From Lytechinus pictus (taxonomy: Eukaryota), in assembly GCF_037042905.1 (NCBI RefSeq), contig NC_087245.1, positions 36,582,001-36,646,000 on the forward strand: a DNA stretch of 64,000 nt. The letters run 5' to 3'. Within the stretch, counting starts at the first letter, position 1. Each line of letters starts with the position of its first letter. Positions 11,284 through 24,667 of this stretch are shown one piece after another. The translations under genes and the position numbers were made by a program. A model generated the notes under the pieces. It did not search any database. It was not told the origin of the DNA and worked only from the letters and a program-made list of their open reading frames with translations.

Positions 11284-12256
11284 CATTGGGTGATTTCAAG
11301 TTCCGTGTTGATGCTGGTGTTAGAAGTGCAATTGCAGTTTTATGTTGGTGTTATAGAATTGCAATTAGCACACAATTAGCAATTTTACATCTGCCTGATT
11401 AAAGGACAAGTCCACCCCAACAAAAAGTTGATTTGAATAAAAAGGGAAAAATCCAACAAGCATGACATTGAAAATTTCATTGAAATCGGATGTAAAATAA
11501 GAAAGTTATGACATTTTAAAGTTCCGGTTATTTTTCACAAAATAGTTATATGTACAATTTAGTCACATGCAAATGAGAGAATCGATGATGCCCCTCACTC
11601 ACTATTTCTTTCATAAGGTTGCCTCCCCTACTTCCAAACACCTACTGTGAGTTAACATGTCAGTGTTAGTGATAGTGACAATTAACTTTGAGTTCCCAAG
11701 CTCCAACACCTAATGTTGGTTAACATTTCAGTGTTAGTGATGGTGTTAGTGTTGGGAGCACAATTACGATTCAGTTTGCCTTCCCTACCTCCAAACACCG
11801 AAAGTGAATAAACATTTCAGTGTAAGTGCTTGGGTTGGTGTTGGAAGCACAATTAAAATTGCCTCCCCTACCTCCAAACACCGAAAGTGAATTAACATTT
11901 CAGTGTTAATGCTTGGGTTGGTGTTGGAAGCACAATTAAGATTGCCTTCCCTACCTCTAAACACCGAAAGTGAAATGAACATTTCAGTGTTAGTGCTTGG
12001 GTTGGTGTTGGAACCACAATGAAGATTGCATTACCTAGCTCCAAACACCTAATCTGAGTTAATGTTTCAGTGTTAGTGTTGGAAGCACAATTAAGATTGC
12101 CTTCCCTTACAAAAAATGGTCCACATCACGCTATTGATCGCTAGACCTCTTTTGAGATTCTTCCCAGGACAAACTTCATTTTTAAAATTTGGTGTTGAAC
12201 TGGTGTTTAAGTCACCAACAAACAGGTTGACACACCAAACTTGAAATCACCCAATG
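11284..12256. mobile_element. Inverted-repeat-bounded element with an internal ~80-bp tandem array
   Basis: Perfect 19-bp inverted repeat cattgggtgatttcaagtt (11284-11302) / aacttgaaatcacccaatg (12238-12256); about 6 tandem units at 11620-12110. Confidence 0.65.
11403..11612. mobile_element. Truncated Kolobok-like MITE (one end only)
   Basis: TTAA|AGGACAAGTCCACCCC start; same family as 13719 and 20465. Confidence 0.75.
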
Positions 12257-13718
12257 TAAAATTGGTGTGATGTCATGAGAGATCATTTCTTTTATACTGT
12301 GCTATATAAGAAACTACACCGTCTTAAAGCAAAGCTCTAGCGAATCTTTCACCTACTTGAGTAAAAGCCTACCGAAAAATCAAGGAAGGTTACCCTTATT
12401 ATGTAAAAGAAAATTTTCTCACATTATTGCATTTTTTTAAATGAAATAATATGCAAGTATAAGAAGAGGTTCTTGTAAATGTTTTTGATAACATAGCATA
12501 GAGAAGCTCGCTCTTTTGTTTTACGTTTTATTTCATTCATGTTTTGCATTAGAATCACACATCTGTGATGTTTGTGTGTGGATGGTGCAATTAAGTTATT
12601 GCAATATGCTAGTGGTGATGATACCACTGCTGCTGCAATAATTGCCTGTGTTTTAATTTCTCTAAATGCATAGGATTAGGATTAAGGTTGTGAAAGTGAT
12701 TTATAGGCCCATTCCTGTAGCACTGCTACTATTATATATAAATATATGGTTAAATTTAGGTTTGACTTGATCTCGAGTTGCTTATTTTGGTGCAATATTT
12801 GTTACAGCAAATATTATGAAAGTACCATTTACATTTGTTGAAAAATGCTGTGCTATTAACGGAGATGATAAGTCATTTTCCTTTGTAAATTCTTTTACTA
12901 TTTTTTTTTTCTATTTTTTTTGTCTTGCTCTTTATGGTAATTTCTATATTGTAAAGTTTGTTTTACTTTCAGAGTTTCTTTCTTTTTCTCCGTTTTTGTA
13001 AAGTCGATAATTGAAAAATTGCCCAAAGTAGCGGAGAGTCAATTTATTTGGTTTGAACAAGGGAATCTTAAAAGCAATAAAGTAAAACTGAAGCATTTCA
13101 TCTAAAAGTGTGTAAAGCATGAAGGAAAACAAATAACATTGTTTTTATTATAATAAGTTTATACTGCAGTAGAAATAGAAACAACTTTCTCTGTAAATGT
13201 AAAAAAAAAACAGTTTTCCATTGTAACGTGCCTTAAGAACTTGGCCACCCATCTCAAAATAGATTTTAAAATTATATAATAACAATATTAGATACTAATC
13301 AGTTTTTAAATGACACTATCTAGAAATTAAGAACTCGTATCCATGCATTTATGGATACAAGTTATTCATTCATTGCTTGTATTCATGTTGTAAATTTGAA
13401 GAATTTGTTTTCAATAGAAAATTTTTGGTAGGCAAATTCGTTTACCTTAGACTGGTATTTTAGAATAGGATTTTAAATTCATCTGGTATGTTAACAAGGG
13501 TCAGAACAGCGTCTTTTATGCAGGAATCCTGCTAGCGTCTTTTTATCACTAATCCTGATATGTTGTCAGAGACAAAGCAATGGGGGAGGTGGGAAAATAC
13601 GCTAAGCACCTTCATTGGTGGATTTCTGCTAAACTACGCAGCACAGATTATGTTATATAACAGAATTTTGATAACCCTGCTCAATTCCTTTATCGGATCA
13701 AGACAAAATGATGTTTAA

Positions 13719-14325
13719 AGGTCAAGTCCACCCCAGAAAAATGTAGATTTGAATAAATAGAGAAAAATCAAACTCGCATAACACTGAAAATTTCATCAAA
13801 ATCGGATGTAAAATAAGAAAGTTATCACATTTTAAAGTTTCGCTTATTTTTCACAAAACAGTGATAAGCACATTTCAATGGGATGCAAATGAGACAGTCG
13901 ATGATGTCCCACACTTACTATTTCTTTTGTTTTTTAATGTTTGAATTATACAATATTTCATTTTTTACAGATTTGACAATAAGGACCAACTTGACTGAAA
14001 CATATAGTATTAAACAATGCCAATTCCACATCAGTGCTCAGGGAGGAATGAATCGTTGTTCCACTTGACAATGGGGAGAAAATTAGAATATTTTGTATTT
14101 CATATAATAAAATGCAAAAGAAATAGTGAGTGGATGACATCATCAGTCTCCTCATTTGCATACCGATCAGGATGTGCAAATAACTGTTTTGTAGAATTAA
14201 GCGAAACTTTAAAATGTCATAACTTTCTCATTTTACATCCGATTTTGATGAAATTTTCAGTGTTATGCTTGTTGGATTTTTCTCTTTTTATTCAAATTAA
14301 TTGTTTGTTGGGGTGGACTTGTCCT
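13719..14325. mobile_element. Kolobok-like MITE, full length
   Basis: TTAA|AGGTCAAGTCCACCCC...GGGGTGGACTTGTCCT|TTAA with long imperfect inverted arms; TTAA target plus purine-purine terminus fits Kolobok rather than piggyBac. Confidence 0.85.
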
Positions 14326-15519
14326 TTAAATATATTTAGATGTAATACCCTGCGATGCGAGATATGATTTACTGTACATGTATATAGTGATCTATTTTTG
14401 ATTGCATGATCAAAGTTATGCACAGGGCTAGTTTGATATTACACCTATTAATTCAGACACATTTTCCTATTCTTATAAGAAAATTAGAAATATTATAATA
14501 CTATGAAATCAATGAAGTATCATCCAGGAAAAAAACTCTTCAACTTTACAATATGACAGTGGCAGGTTATAGATTTTTTAATAGCAGTTGTATAGAATGT
14601 TGGTATTAAAACACTGAATATATGAGACTGAGATCATTAAAACATCCCATAATAGTCTGTAAATCGGCTTATAAGTTTATGCATCTGTCTATAATCATTT
14701 CAGAGCATGTGATTATGTATGGTGAAAAGCATTCCATGCTTCTTCATACACATGTATACATTGTTAGAATCCATGTTAAGTATATCATTTATAAATTTGG
14801 TAGATTGCAATTGAAATTATCTAGTTAAGAAATAAGAGACTTTGTTAATGCGGTTAGGTGATAGACATTATGATAAGTTTGACTATGATCTCAAGAAATT
14901 TATTTGTTTAATTTACCTTTTCATATACATTTGCGAGAAAATAGTTTCTAACAAATGGCTTACATATCATGGTACAATACTCATACAAAAAGAATCAGTA
15001 GCACAATTATATTTCAGGCATTTTATTTATTAGCTATTTATAAATTAAATCAAAGCAGGAATATATAAATGTAAATGTACTATTAAAAGAATATATATCA
15101 ATAATTTTCAAAAACATGTTTTATTGTTTAATTTCTGTAACATATCTCATTGGTTGCTTGTGTAAGTAACCATGATTAAAACGCACATCTATGCTTTCTT
15201 TTTCTATATCAGCTGTAAATAGCTATTTTATTCACATTCTGTCAACACTTTACAATATGTATATGTTGTGTTTACTAAAGATAATATCAACAAACAATAT
15301 TTATATGCCATGTGTGTGTTTACAATTTACTTTCATAAAACTATACCTTAATTGTGCTATATCTAGGTTTTGTGTTTTTATCAATCTGTTTTATCTGAAC
15401 TCCATTCCAAGTCACATTTTGTTTATATTCTTTTCAAGAGCAATAAGTTATATCAATTCAAATTTTTGATGTTTTTGTTGAAATGTATGAAATTAACATG
15501 CTTTTGTACTTAAGGCTCT

Positions 15520-16030
15520 AAGTTGATTTGCGTGAATAGAGAAAAATAAAAAAGGAATAAGACTGGAAAGTTTCATCAAGAGCCAATGTGAAATTAAAAA
15601 ATTGCTTCATTTCATACAACACTGGTTATAAGCTAATGAATACATGTCATAATACACTTTTTTATCTAATTATATGAATCATGAATCATTTCCATTTCGT
15701 AGATTTGATGATAGTATTGGTTTTTTAAAGCGAAATAACCGTGACAATGGCCATGTTACAAAGCAGTCAAGAAATCTTCCACAATATAGGTGAAAAACAT
15801 TGAAATATCTCATATTCAAAATAATACCAAAATGACCAGTGAGTGTTTGAAATCACTTTCCTCACCTATTTGCATAATGCCCATCATTTGCCCAGCTCTT
15901 GTGTGGAACAAAGAAAACTTTAAAATGCTGTGAGTTTATTTCACATCTGATTTTGATGATTTTTCTGTGTTATGCTTTATTTTTCTCTATGTATTCAAAA
16001 TAAACTTATTGGTGGAGTGGACTTGACCTT
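15520..16030. mobile_element. Old degenerate copy of the Kolobok-like MITE
   Basis: Ends ggagtggacttgacctt; internal similarity to 13719-14325. Confidence 0.5.
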
Positions 16031-16479
16031 GGACCATAGACATATGCATATATTTAATAAACTTATTATCTATATACATCAATGAATGATAGAGTTCCAA
16101 CTAATTCATATTGGCAATTACATTATCAATGGTAATATGAAGATTTGTCACTAGTGGTGCTTTACATAATAGTATTTAGTTTCTATCTTTATTTGTAAAA
16201 ACAGCATGACAATATACTCAACATGTAGTTTAGACAAACCAACTCATGGGCTTGAGATCATAAGTGACTTCACTTTCAGACAATCAAATATTGGTCTTGT
16301 TTCCATATAACTTGTTTTCTTGCTGTTTATGTGCAACATATCTGCTAACACCTAATCAGGTGACATTATTTGTCGCATTTTTTAGCAGAACTCTGTACTT
16401 AAAATTAACAAATCAATTTTTGAATATTGATAGTATTTCTTTGTGTAACTGGGTCCATCAAAGAGTTATGAAACTGAAT

Positions 16480-16870
16480 TATTATTATTATCGTTATTTG
16501 TTTGGCATCACCTGTGCCTGGGAGGCGAAAAGCGAACTGAATCACTGTGACCCGCAGGTCTCTCTCTCTCCTGATATAATTGATTTGGGGAATGCAGGTG
16601 GACCACTACACCGAAGTTTCTCCCTACTCTTATACGAATAGTGCAGTGGGTTCTTAACGTGCAAAGGTGGCGAATCTCCTCTACACAGGGCCTCCATTTA
16701 ATGTCTTATCTGAAGAACAGAGTGTTTTCCACTGTAACGTAGCTTGCATCTATGAAAAATGTGAGAGATGTTTACACACACACACACTGGCTTCAGTCAT
16801 CCACCCGGGGTGGACTCGAACTCACAATCTTTGGTTTGACAGGCAGACGCTTTCCCGACTGAGCCAACTT
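16480..16870 (-). mobile_element. tRNA-derived SINE (Deu-core-like family)
   Basis: Minus-strand head TGGCTCAGTCGG...GTTCGAGTCC; body ttaagaacccactgcactattcgtataagagtaggg; (AAT)n tail; relatives at 17275-17415 and 35900-36236. Confidence 0.8.
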
Positions 16871-16883
16871 CAATACGGGGGTC

Positions 16884-17027
16884 TTGTTGCAGAACAGTTC
16901 AATACATTAGAAAAATAAAATAAAAGACAAATTAATATTCAACTGAACAAAAATGTTGTTGCAGAACAGTTCAATACATTAGAAAAATAAAATAAAAGAC
17001 AAATTAATATTCAACTGAACAAAAATG
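16884..17027. repeat. Perfect 72-bp direct tandem duplication
   Basis: ttgttgcagaacagttcaatac...gaacaaaaatg begins at 16884 and again at 16956. Confidence 0.9.
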
Positions 17028-17274
17028 TGCATTTCAAACTTAACATTTGTGTGTATTTTTCATTTGCGATTGAATGCATCTCTACCTGAAACAGGGCCAC
17101 ATTTGCCTCCTATGCCAGCCCAAAATGTGCGACTAAATTGCGTTCATGGTAGTTACAAAGTAAGAAACTGAAACATTCAGACCAGTTCCATGGTGGACTA
17201 TGTCGTCATATTGGACTGTCTAGAAAGTTCCACATCTTATTTTGTTTCTGCAAAATAGTTGACATGTGATTGTG

Positions 17275-17415
17275 AGAGAAGGGGGAAACCCCGGTGTAGT
17301 GGTCCGACTCCCCAATCAGTCCTATCGGGGGGAGAGACCTGAGGGTCATATTGGTTCAGTTCGCTTTTCGCATCCCAGGTACAGGTGATGCCAAACAAAT
17401 AATAATAATAATAGT
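17275..17415 (+). mobile_element. 3' fragment of the same SINE family, opposite orientation
   Basis: Reverse-complement similarity to about 16490-16625; (AAT)n tail. Confidence 0.75.
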
Positions 17416-19781
17416 AATTTGATAATGTTATCTATAATATAATAATAAATTATGAAATATCAAAATATGATATCATGTCAGTAATATTTTGATGATGATT
17501 ATCATGGAGTTATCTGGCACTATTCTAGTCTCAGTTCTGAAAGAAATATTCTCCCATTCCCCCCCTCCTCCGAAACAAGAGCCATCACCTTTTTTTTCTT
17601 TTCTGCACATTCTGTGATATATTCCTTTCATCATGCACATTCTCATACACTGTACTTCAACTAAGGTGTTCACAATAACATCCTTTGATGGTGTTATAGG
17701 TGTTAGAATTTACACCCTAGGGATGGATATTACACCAAACAAACAGAATATGTTAGTTAACACCAGTGGATTTTGAGCCAACACCATGTATTGTAAACTG
17801 ATGTGGCATTTAACACCATTATTTTATCCCTTTGAGGGAATGCATGTGTATATGTTTCCTGCAATTGGTGCATGTGTTATTCAAGAATAGTTCCTTGCTT
17901 GTGCAGCTGCAATCATCCAGTTTTTATCTTTTTTAAGATACATTTCCACTATTTTGGAAGCATCATTCCATATTATACTGCTATCTGTCATTTTTTGTGT
18001 AATTTTTGGATTCCAGCTCTAATGTATATTGATGTATTATGTAAGCCTGAGATATTATATACTCCAATATGAAACGAAGATGAAGTGCATTGTCTTTTTA
18101 ATGTTTTACTGGTTTTGCCTGTTATATAATCGGTTGTTTTATTTCATTCATTTATATCGTTACAGTCAAACACAGATTGAAATGATGTCAGTGTAGATTT
18201 ATATCAGTAAAAAAATACAATATTATATTGTTGCTTTATTGTATGCAATTTAAAGGCATTATAAGCAAATCACTTTGACTTAATCATAAATGTAAGGCAC
18301 AATGAAATATTTAATTTTATGAATATAATGAATATTTCCAAATTGTACTTGACCTGCCCATTTGAATTAATGTTATCAAAACTGTAGCCGTGAGTGCATA
18401 ACGAAGTAATTACCATATTGTTGATTTAATGTGCATTTTCTTTTATCAAGAGAAAAAATGTCAGTACTAAAATGTTATATATACACAGTTGAATTTTATT
18501 GCATTATGCTCTGCGGAGAAAGAAATATACAGTATAATAGTTGTTGGATAAAATATATGTACATGTAGCAAAAAAAGTATTATTACCTTATTGCATGAAG
18601 GGGTAGCATTATTAGTGAAAAGTTATATCTACTTGTACAGGAAAATATGACAAATATTAGAAAGTATATAATTGCCACTTCTTTGATAAATACATGTAGA
18701 AACATGAAGAAGTGATGCCATTTTAGAAATAAGATTAAATCATAAAAAGCTCGTGAAATTTATGTATTTAATATGAAATGAACTGTGCTGTATCCGACAG
18801 TTACCGCTGTTATTATACAACCTCTGGTTTATTCGGTGAAAGAATTGACAATAAAATTTGAAAGGATAATTGTGATCATACTGTTATGATTAAATGCATT
18901 TTTGATGATGTCAATGAAATAAAATGATAAGTGTCGCCAAATTGTGTAATTTCTTCTGATTGTGTTTGATGGTTCATCGCAGTCTGTTTATAGAATGAAG
19001 GAGAGAGAGGGGGGGGGGGAGAGAGAGTATATCAAATACCAAATATAGTAAAAAGTGCATTGGAGCCCATTGTTCATGACATTAATTTCCCACTAGAATC
19101 AGAATGCTTCCTTGATAACTCACTCAGCAAACCTTGATTAGAATTTAACGACCAGTCACATTTCCCATTTCCTGCAAATGTCCTGTCAATTTTTTTCATT
19201 AAAAATTCAATTACAACTGCAAAAAGCCCAATAAGACCAGTTTGCTTCACTGGGGAAAGTGAATTTAATAGAAAGTTATTGATTGTCCTGTGACAAGCAA
19301 ATTGCTGTATTGATCTCTGTTTATATATCAGGATTATATCCCACAGGTATGGGTGTACTTATTTCACTCTACTAAAAAAAACCGCGTGTACATACTATGT
19401 TCACCGAAGATTAACAGATTAAATCGTATGAAGATGATGAAATAACATTGAATTATAACAAGCACAGTATTATACTCTCTGTACGTGTTCTACTGCTCAA
19501 AACAAGTAGCGACTCACAACACTTAGAGAAATCACTCACTCTATGTTTTTAATATTTTCAGCTTCATTTACTTAATATCTACATATTTTTCAACATTATC
19601 AGTAATCATTAACAATAAAACATACAAACCAATGATCAATTGATGCAAAAAAAAAACACTTTAAAAGATCAAAATAACATTTTTCAAAATAATCCAACTG
19701 ATACAATCAACGTTTGTAATATATCACAAATGTACATGACGTGTACCAATCTTTTTAAGGGTTTGTCAATTACAACCTAAA

Positions 19782-20132
19782 AAGGGGAAGTTCACCCTGG
19801 AGAATCGTTTGTTGTATAGATAAAAAAAATAATTTCAAAAATGGTTCGTGATTACTTAAGTTTCCTTAAGTAATCACGGTGTGAAATAATTTTTTGATAT
19901 AGTGAAGGTACAATAAAAATAATTTTCATTTTCTTTTTGTTGAAAAAAAAAAAATTCATTGATTTTTTTACTGAACTAATCTTGGAAAGTTGTTCGCATA
20001 TGACGTCACAAATAAAACAAAAAATCTAATTACATTTTTTAATCTTTGCTGAATTTTCATCAAACCTTCACCATTATTTTTTATTTTTCTCTGCATTATT
20101 TACAATATTTTTTCTTGTCAGGGTGAACTTAA
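19782..20132. mobile_element. Degenerate Kolobok-like MITE (different family)
   Basis: aggggaagttcaccctg ... cagggtgaactt inverted ends. Confidence 0.55.
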
Positions 20133-20464
20133 GTGAGCGTGATGTGCCAATCTTGATATTTTGCTTACTTAACGATATATAAACTTCTTCTTTAAAACAA
20201 ATCACAGGCCGAATACGGGGTCATCCAAAATCATGTCCATTCTTATCTAACGCTTTGACTCCATTCATTTTTTGAAACTGCATATAAAGCACAGAAAGGT
20301 GAAATAGAACTATGAAGAAATAATTTTAAAAAAGAATACGTTCAAGAAGATTAGGCCTGAATTAATTGCGCCTATAATACTCTGCTTTCGATTCAATTCA
20401 CACACAAAAATATTTTTGATCGCGCTTCGAGCTTTTTTTCATATATTAAACTTTTTTATGTTAA

Positions 20465-21142
20465 AGGACAAGTCCACCCCAACAAAAAGTTGATTTGAAT
20501 AAAAAGAGAATGATCCAACGAGCAAAACACTGACAATTCCATCAAAATCGCATTTTAAATAAAAAAGTTATGACATTTTAAATTTTCGCTTAATTTCACA
20601 AAACAATTATATGCACACCGGGTCGGTATGCAAATGAGATGACTGATGATGTCATCTACTCACTATTTATTGTAGAAAGTAAAAAAGGGGCCTAAGCTTT
20701 CGATCCTAGCAGAATCTTCGTCGGAGGCACTATTTATTGTGTATCTATTACATGAAATGTGAAATATTCTAATTTTCTCTTCATTGACAAGTAAAACAAA
20801 AGATTAATTCCTATATACCTGAACACCTGGAATTAGCATGATTCTAATAGTATACGGTTCAGTCAAGTTGGCCCTTATTGTCAAATGTGTAAAAAATGAA
20901 ATATTGTATAATTCAAACAATAAAAAAAAAAAAAAAAAAGGAACAGTAAGTGAGGGACATCGTCGACTGTCTCATTTGCATGTCACTGAGTTGTGAATAT
21001 AACTGTTTTTGGAAAGAGCAAAACTTTAAAATGTCATAACTTTCTTATTTTACATCCGATTTTGATGAAATTTTCAACATTATGCTACTTTGATCTATCT
21101 CTATTTATTCAAATAAACAATTTTCTGGGGTGGACTTGACCT
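20465..21142. mobile_element. Kolobok-like MITE, full length, carrying a small internal insertion
   Basis: TTAA|AGGACAAGTCCACCCC...GGGGTGGACTTGACCT|TTTA. Confidence 0.85.
20690..20728 (-). ncRNA. Minimal type I hammerhead ribozyme-like motif (Penelope-type, variant core)
   Basis: Minus strand GCCT-CCGACGA-A-GATTCT-gct-AGGATC-GAAA-GC-TT-AGGC: stem I GCCT/AGGC, stem II GATTCT/AGGATC, palindromic AAGCTT in place of stem III. Confidence 0.55.
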
Positions 21143-21279
21143 TTTACATGAACAGGTGCCAATCTCGTTGAAACAAAATTAATTAAACTCGAATCGCGTT
21201 CGATTTATCCTCTTGAGCAGATTATCAGATTTTTTTTTGCTCAAGGCATTGTGAGTGCGAGGCGCGAAAGAAATCTTTA

Positions 21280-21553
21280 ATAATATAATAATAATGAAAT
21301 AAAATAAATACTATATGATTTATATAACTCTTATAATATGCCCAGGGCGGCCACTTCAGTTGTAAACTGTTCTTCAAACAGGTCCTGTATATCATAATGT
21401 GTTATTTTCAACCTTCTCCATTTAAACATTACGTCCTGACAAGAAGGCAGAAAGTCCCATTCCCAAGTATTTGGTATGACTCGACCGGGGATCGAACCCA
21501 CGACCTCCCCGTTCATGGGCAGACGTTCTACCACTGAGTCAACATGCCTGGTA
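21280..21553 (-). mobile_element. tRNA-derived SINE
   Basis: Minus-strand head TGACTCAGTGGTAGAACG...GGTTCGATCCCC, non-tRNA body, AT-rich tail; a related head occurs at 62100-62335. Confidence 0.75.
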
Positions 21554-21599
21554 TGCTAATTTGGGTCATTCTTTTTGTTTATATAATGACATGAACGTT

Positions 21600-21925
<326 letters not shown>

Positions 21926-23680
21926 TATTTACCTTTAACACTCCATTTTATGAAACATGCCAAATAAATTTCACCCCCCCCCCCTCTTTTCCTTTGCCAC
22001 CCACCAGTTTCAAAATCCTGTGCCACCACTGTTTGGGGTTCTCGTTATTTAGAAGAGAAACGAAAATACGTTGTCAATGCATCTAAAAAATTGTAATGCC
22101 CGGTTGTTATTTTTTTTAAGAAATAGTATACTTAGATTTGTTTCTGTAAGGAGGGGATGTGAAAAACGAATCTTAAGAGATACTTCATAATTTCGTGCAC
22201 ATTTTAATGAATTTTGTGAAACTCTTCCGTAAGAAAGAAAGGTTTTCACTTTTTCCCGGGGGATTAATTCTGTCCGCTGCCGCTACGTACCAACCTGTTA
22301 TCAATTTATCACGTGCTCCCCTCTCCCCCAGGGGAAATTGGGACAGGACCTATCGCTTTAAAATTATTATTCATACGGTACTTTCCGAGTTACAATACGA
22401 AATATAATTTCTTTCTTAAAATGTCAGGAGCATCTATAAAATATCTTTTTTTTTAAGTGACCACTCTTCATCATAATAAATTCAATACTGCCCCCCCCCC
22501 TGCATTCGCGCCTGTCCCTCCAAACACACTTTCAAAATACGTTCAGACGACGGAGCGTGAACAAATTACTGAGTGAATACATATTTTATATCTTATCTGC
22601 AACTCGATTCCTGAATAAAATACCGATGCGACATTATCGGTTGTAACAGGGGGTCCGCGGACCCCCAGAACCTCCCGCCTGAAGGTCTGATACTTATTGA
22701 AATGTTCATATTTTAATATTCCATGTTTGAATGTCCACGGGGTTATCTTAAGAAGTAAAGAACAGAGGTGACATATTTCAAACTAGACCAACACAGAGTT
22801 TTCAAAATGAACTTAGAAAAATACCAAAATTAGCATTTTTACTTATTCTGAAAAGTTACCATTTTACTTGACATTATGTGTTTACTCATGCATACCTTGA
22901 CGAATCAATCAAACATCTAGGCCTACAAAGGGGTTTGTCAATTTGCAATTTGGGGGGAAATTCTTTTGTGTGAGTGTTTCTAGTGATTTGATCATTTTAA
23001 GTTCACTTATTTGCAGCAACTCACAATTAAGCAATGCCAAGATACCTGGCTTTTCCCTCTCACAATGAAAGTAAATTATGGTGTTATAATTTATAGTGCC
23101 ACATCATGTCCCCGAAATCTTTTCATTTCTCTTCGGCCTTTATTCATTACCTTCCCCATTCCCCTCTATTTTCAACTTCATCAATTTCCTTTTTCTATTT
23201 TTTCCGTCACTCGTAAAAAATCACAGGGCAGTCGGCCCTCCTGCTCTAATCTAATTGAATAACCATTTTGAGGACCATTACTCTAAAAATAAGTTATATC
23301 GATTTTTAGGCCATGTTCCAATCTGAAAAAAAATTAAAACATTGGTTCACTCCGTTTTATCACTTTCTACTTTGGATTGCCAGACGCTGCACATGCAGGT
23401 ATATCGGGTCAGGCGCACTTTACCTTGTCAAATAAGTTTATAGACCATTGTGCATGTTGTGTGCATTATGAAATAATAAAGATAAAGAGCATATCAAAAA
23501 ATTGAAAATGCATTTCTATTTTCTCTCTACTACTGTTTATGTAGAGCAGTTGAAATCTTACAGCGAATCACCTAATTTGCATAACATGTTAATGAACATG
23601 TAAATATTTATTATTTCGTGTTTTGCCCCCCCCCCCTGCAATATTAACGAAGAGTTGATGCATAATGTGAATTTATTATA

Positions 23681-24667
23681 CAGTGCGTATCAAAAAAAAG
23701 TTTACACTTAGAAAAAATTATGTAAAATTATACATTTATAATATCCTGAAGATTTTTCCACATTTTAACATTGGTACAGATCCATTTAAGCAAATGACGT
23801 CGTAGCTGTCGAAAAATATTTCCGCTTGAGTGAGCACCACTTACTTTTGAAAAGTTAATGAAAAATGATTTGCGCAGAACTTTTAAATAGTTATGCAAAT
23901 AAAAGTAGACCTTAATCATGAAGAACAAGTTGAATTTAGCTAGTAAAATTGATTTGAAGATATCTTTTACCTTTTTAACTTGTTTCCTTGCCCAAAACAC
24001 TTCGAAGAGTCCATTGCGCCCCACCCCACTCCCCCACACACAGAGGCCATCGTGACGATATTTGCTTTACACTGAGCTGTGATTTACATGAAATGGCTTA
24101 GGCTTGATTTTCATTTTGTTAATTATTGTCAAGCTTGGAAAAAGTGTGGAGAAACAAGTATTAAATGAAAAATGAAATGTAAACCCACTTTAAATGATAA
24201 AAACTTAGTGAAAAAATGCTGGAGATGTCTGATATAAACTTTTGTTTAGATTTAGTTATGTCCTCAGATCCAGCTGGCACAAAAGGGTAAAGGTTGTGCT
24301 TACTAAGTGTTGAAATTTCAATTTGGGTGGCAAAATTGTTATAAAATGCTTGAATGTATCCATTTATTACAATTGACAAAAAGTGCAATGGGAAATGTAT
24401 GAGAAATTTTTCGCATGGTAAGTTTGATTTCGCCCTTTCCCCTTGACACAGCGTGAAAACGAGCATTTCTGCGCAAACAGATTTCTGCGAGCTTTACAAA
24501 AATGGATAGTGCTCACTCAAGTGTAACATTCTGTCAAAACTTTTACTTTCATTGGATAGATGAGACCCAAACCCAAGATTATATGTGAAAAAAATTACAC
24601 ACATGTTGTATATTTTTTATTTCCCAAGGCTTTTTCAAAGTGTAAACTTTTTTTTTGATACGCACTG
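23681..24667. mobile_element. Tc1/mariner-like non-autonomous element
   Basis: TA|CAGTGCGTATCAAAAAAAAGTTTACACTT ... AAGTGTAAACTTTTTTTTTGATACGCACTG|TA; no transposase ORF. Confidence 0.88.

Noticed and set aside
11620..12110. CRISPR-like appearance of the hairpin repeat array (also 4620-5370)
   Set aside because: Inter-repeat sequence is homologous rather than unique spacers, there are no cas genes, and the context is eukaryotic.
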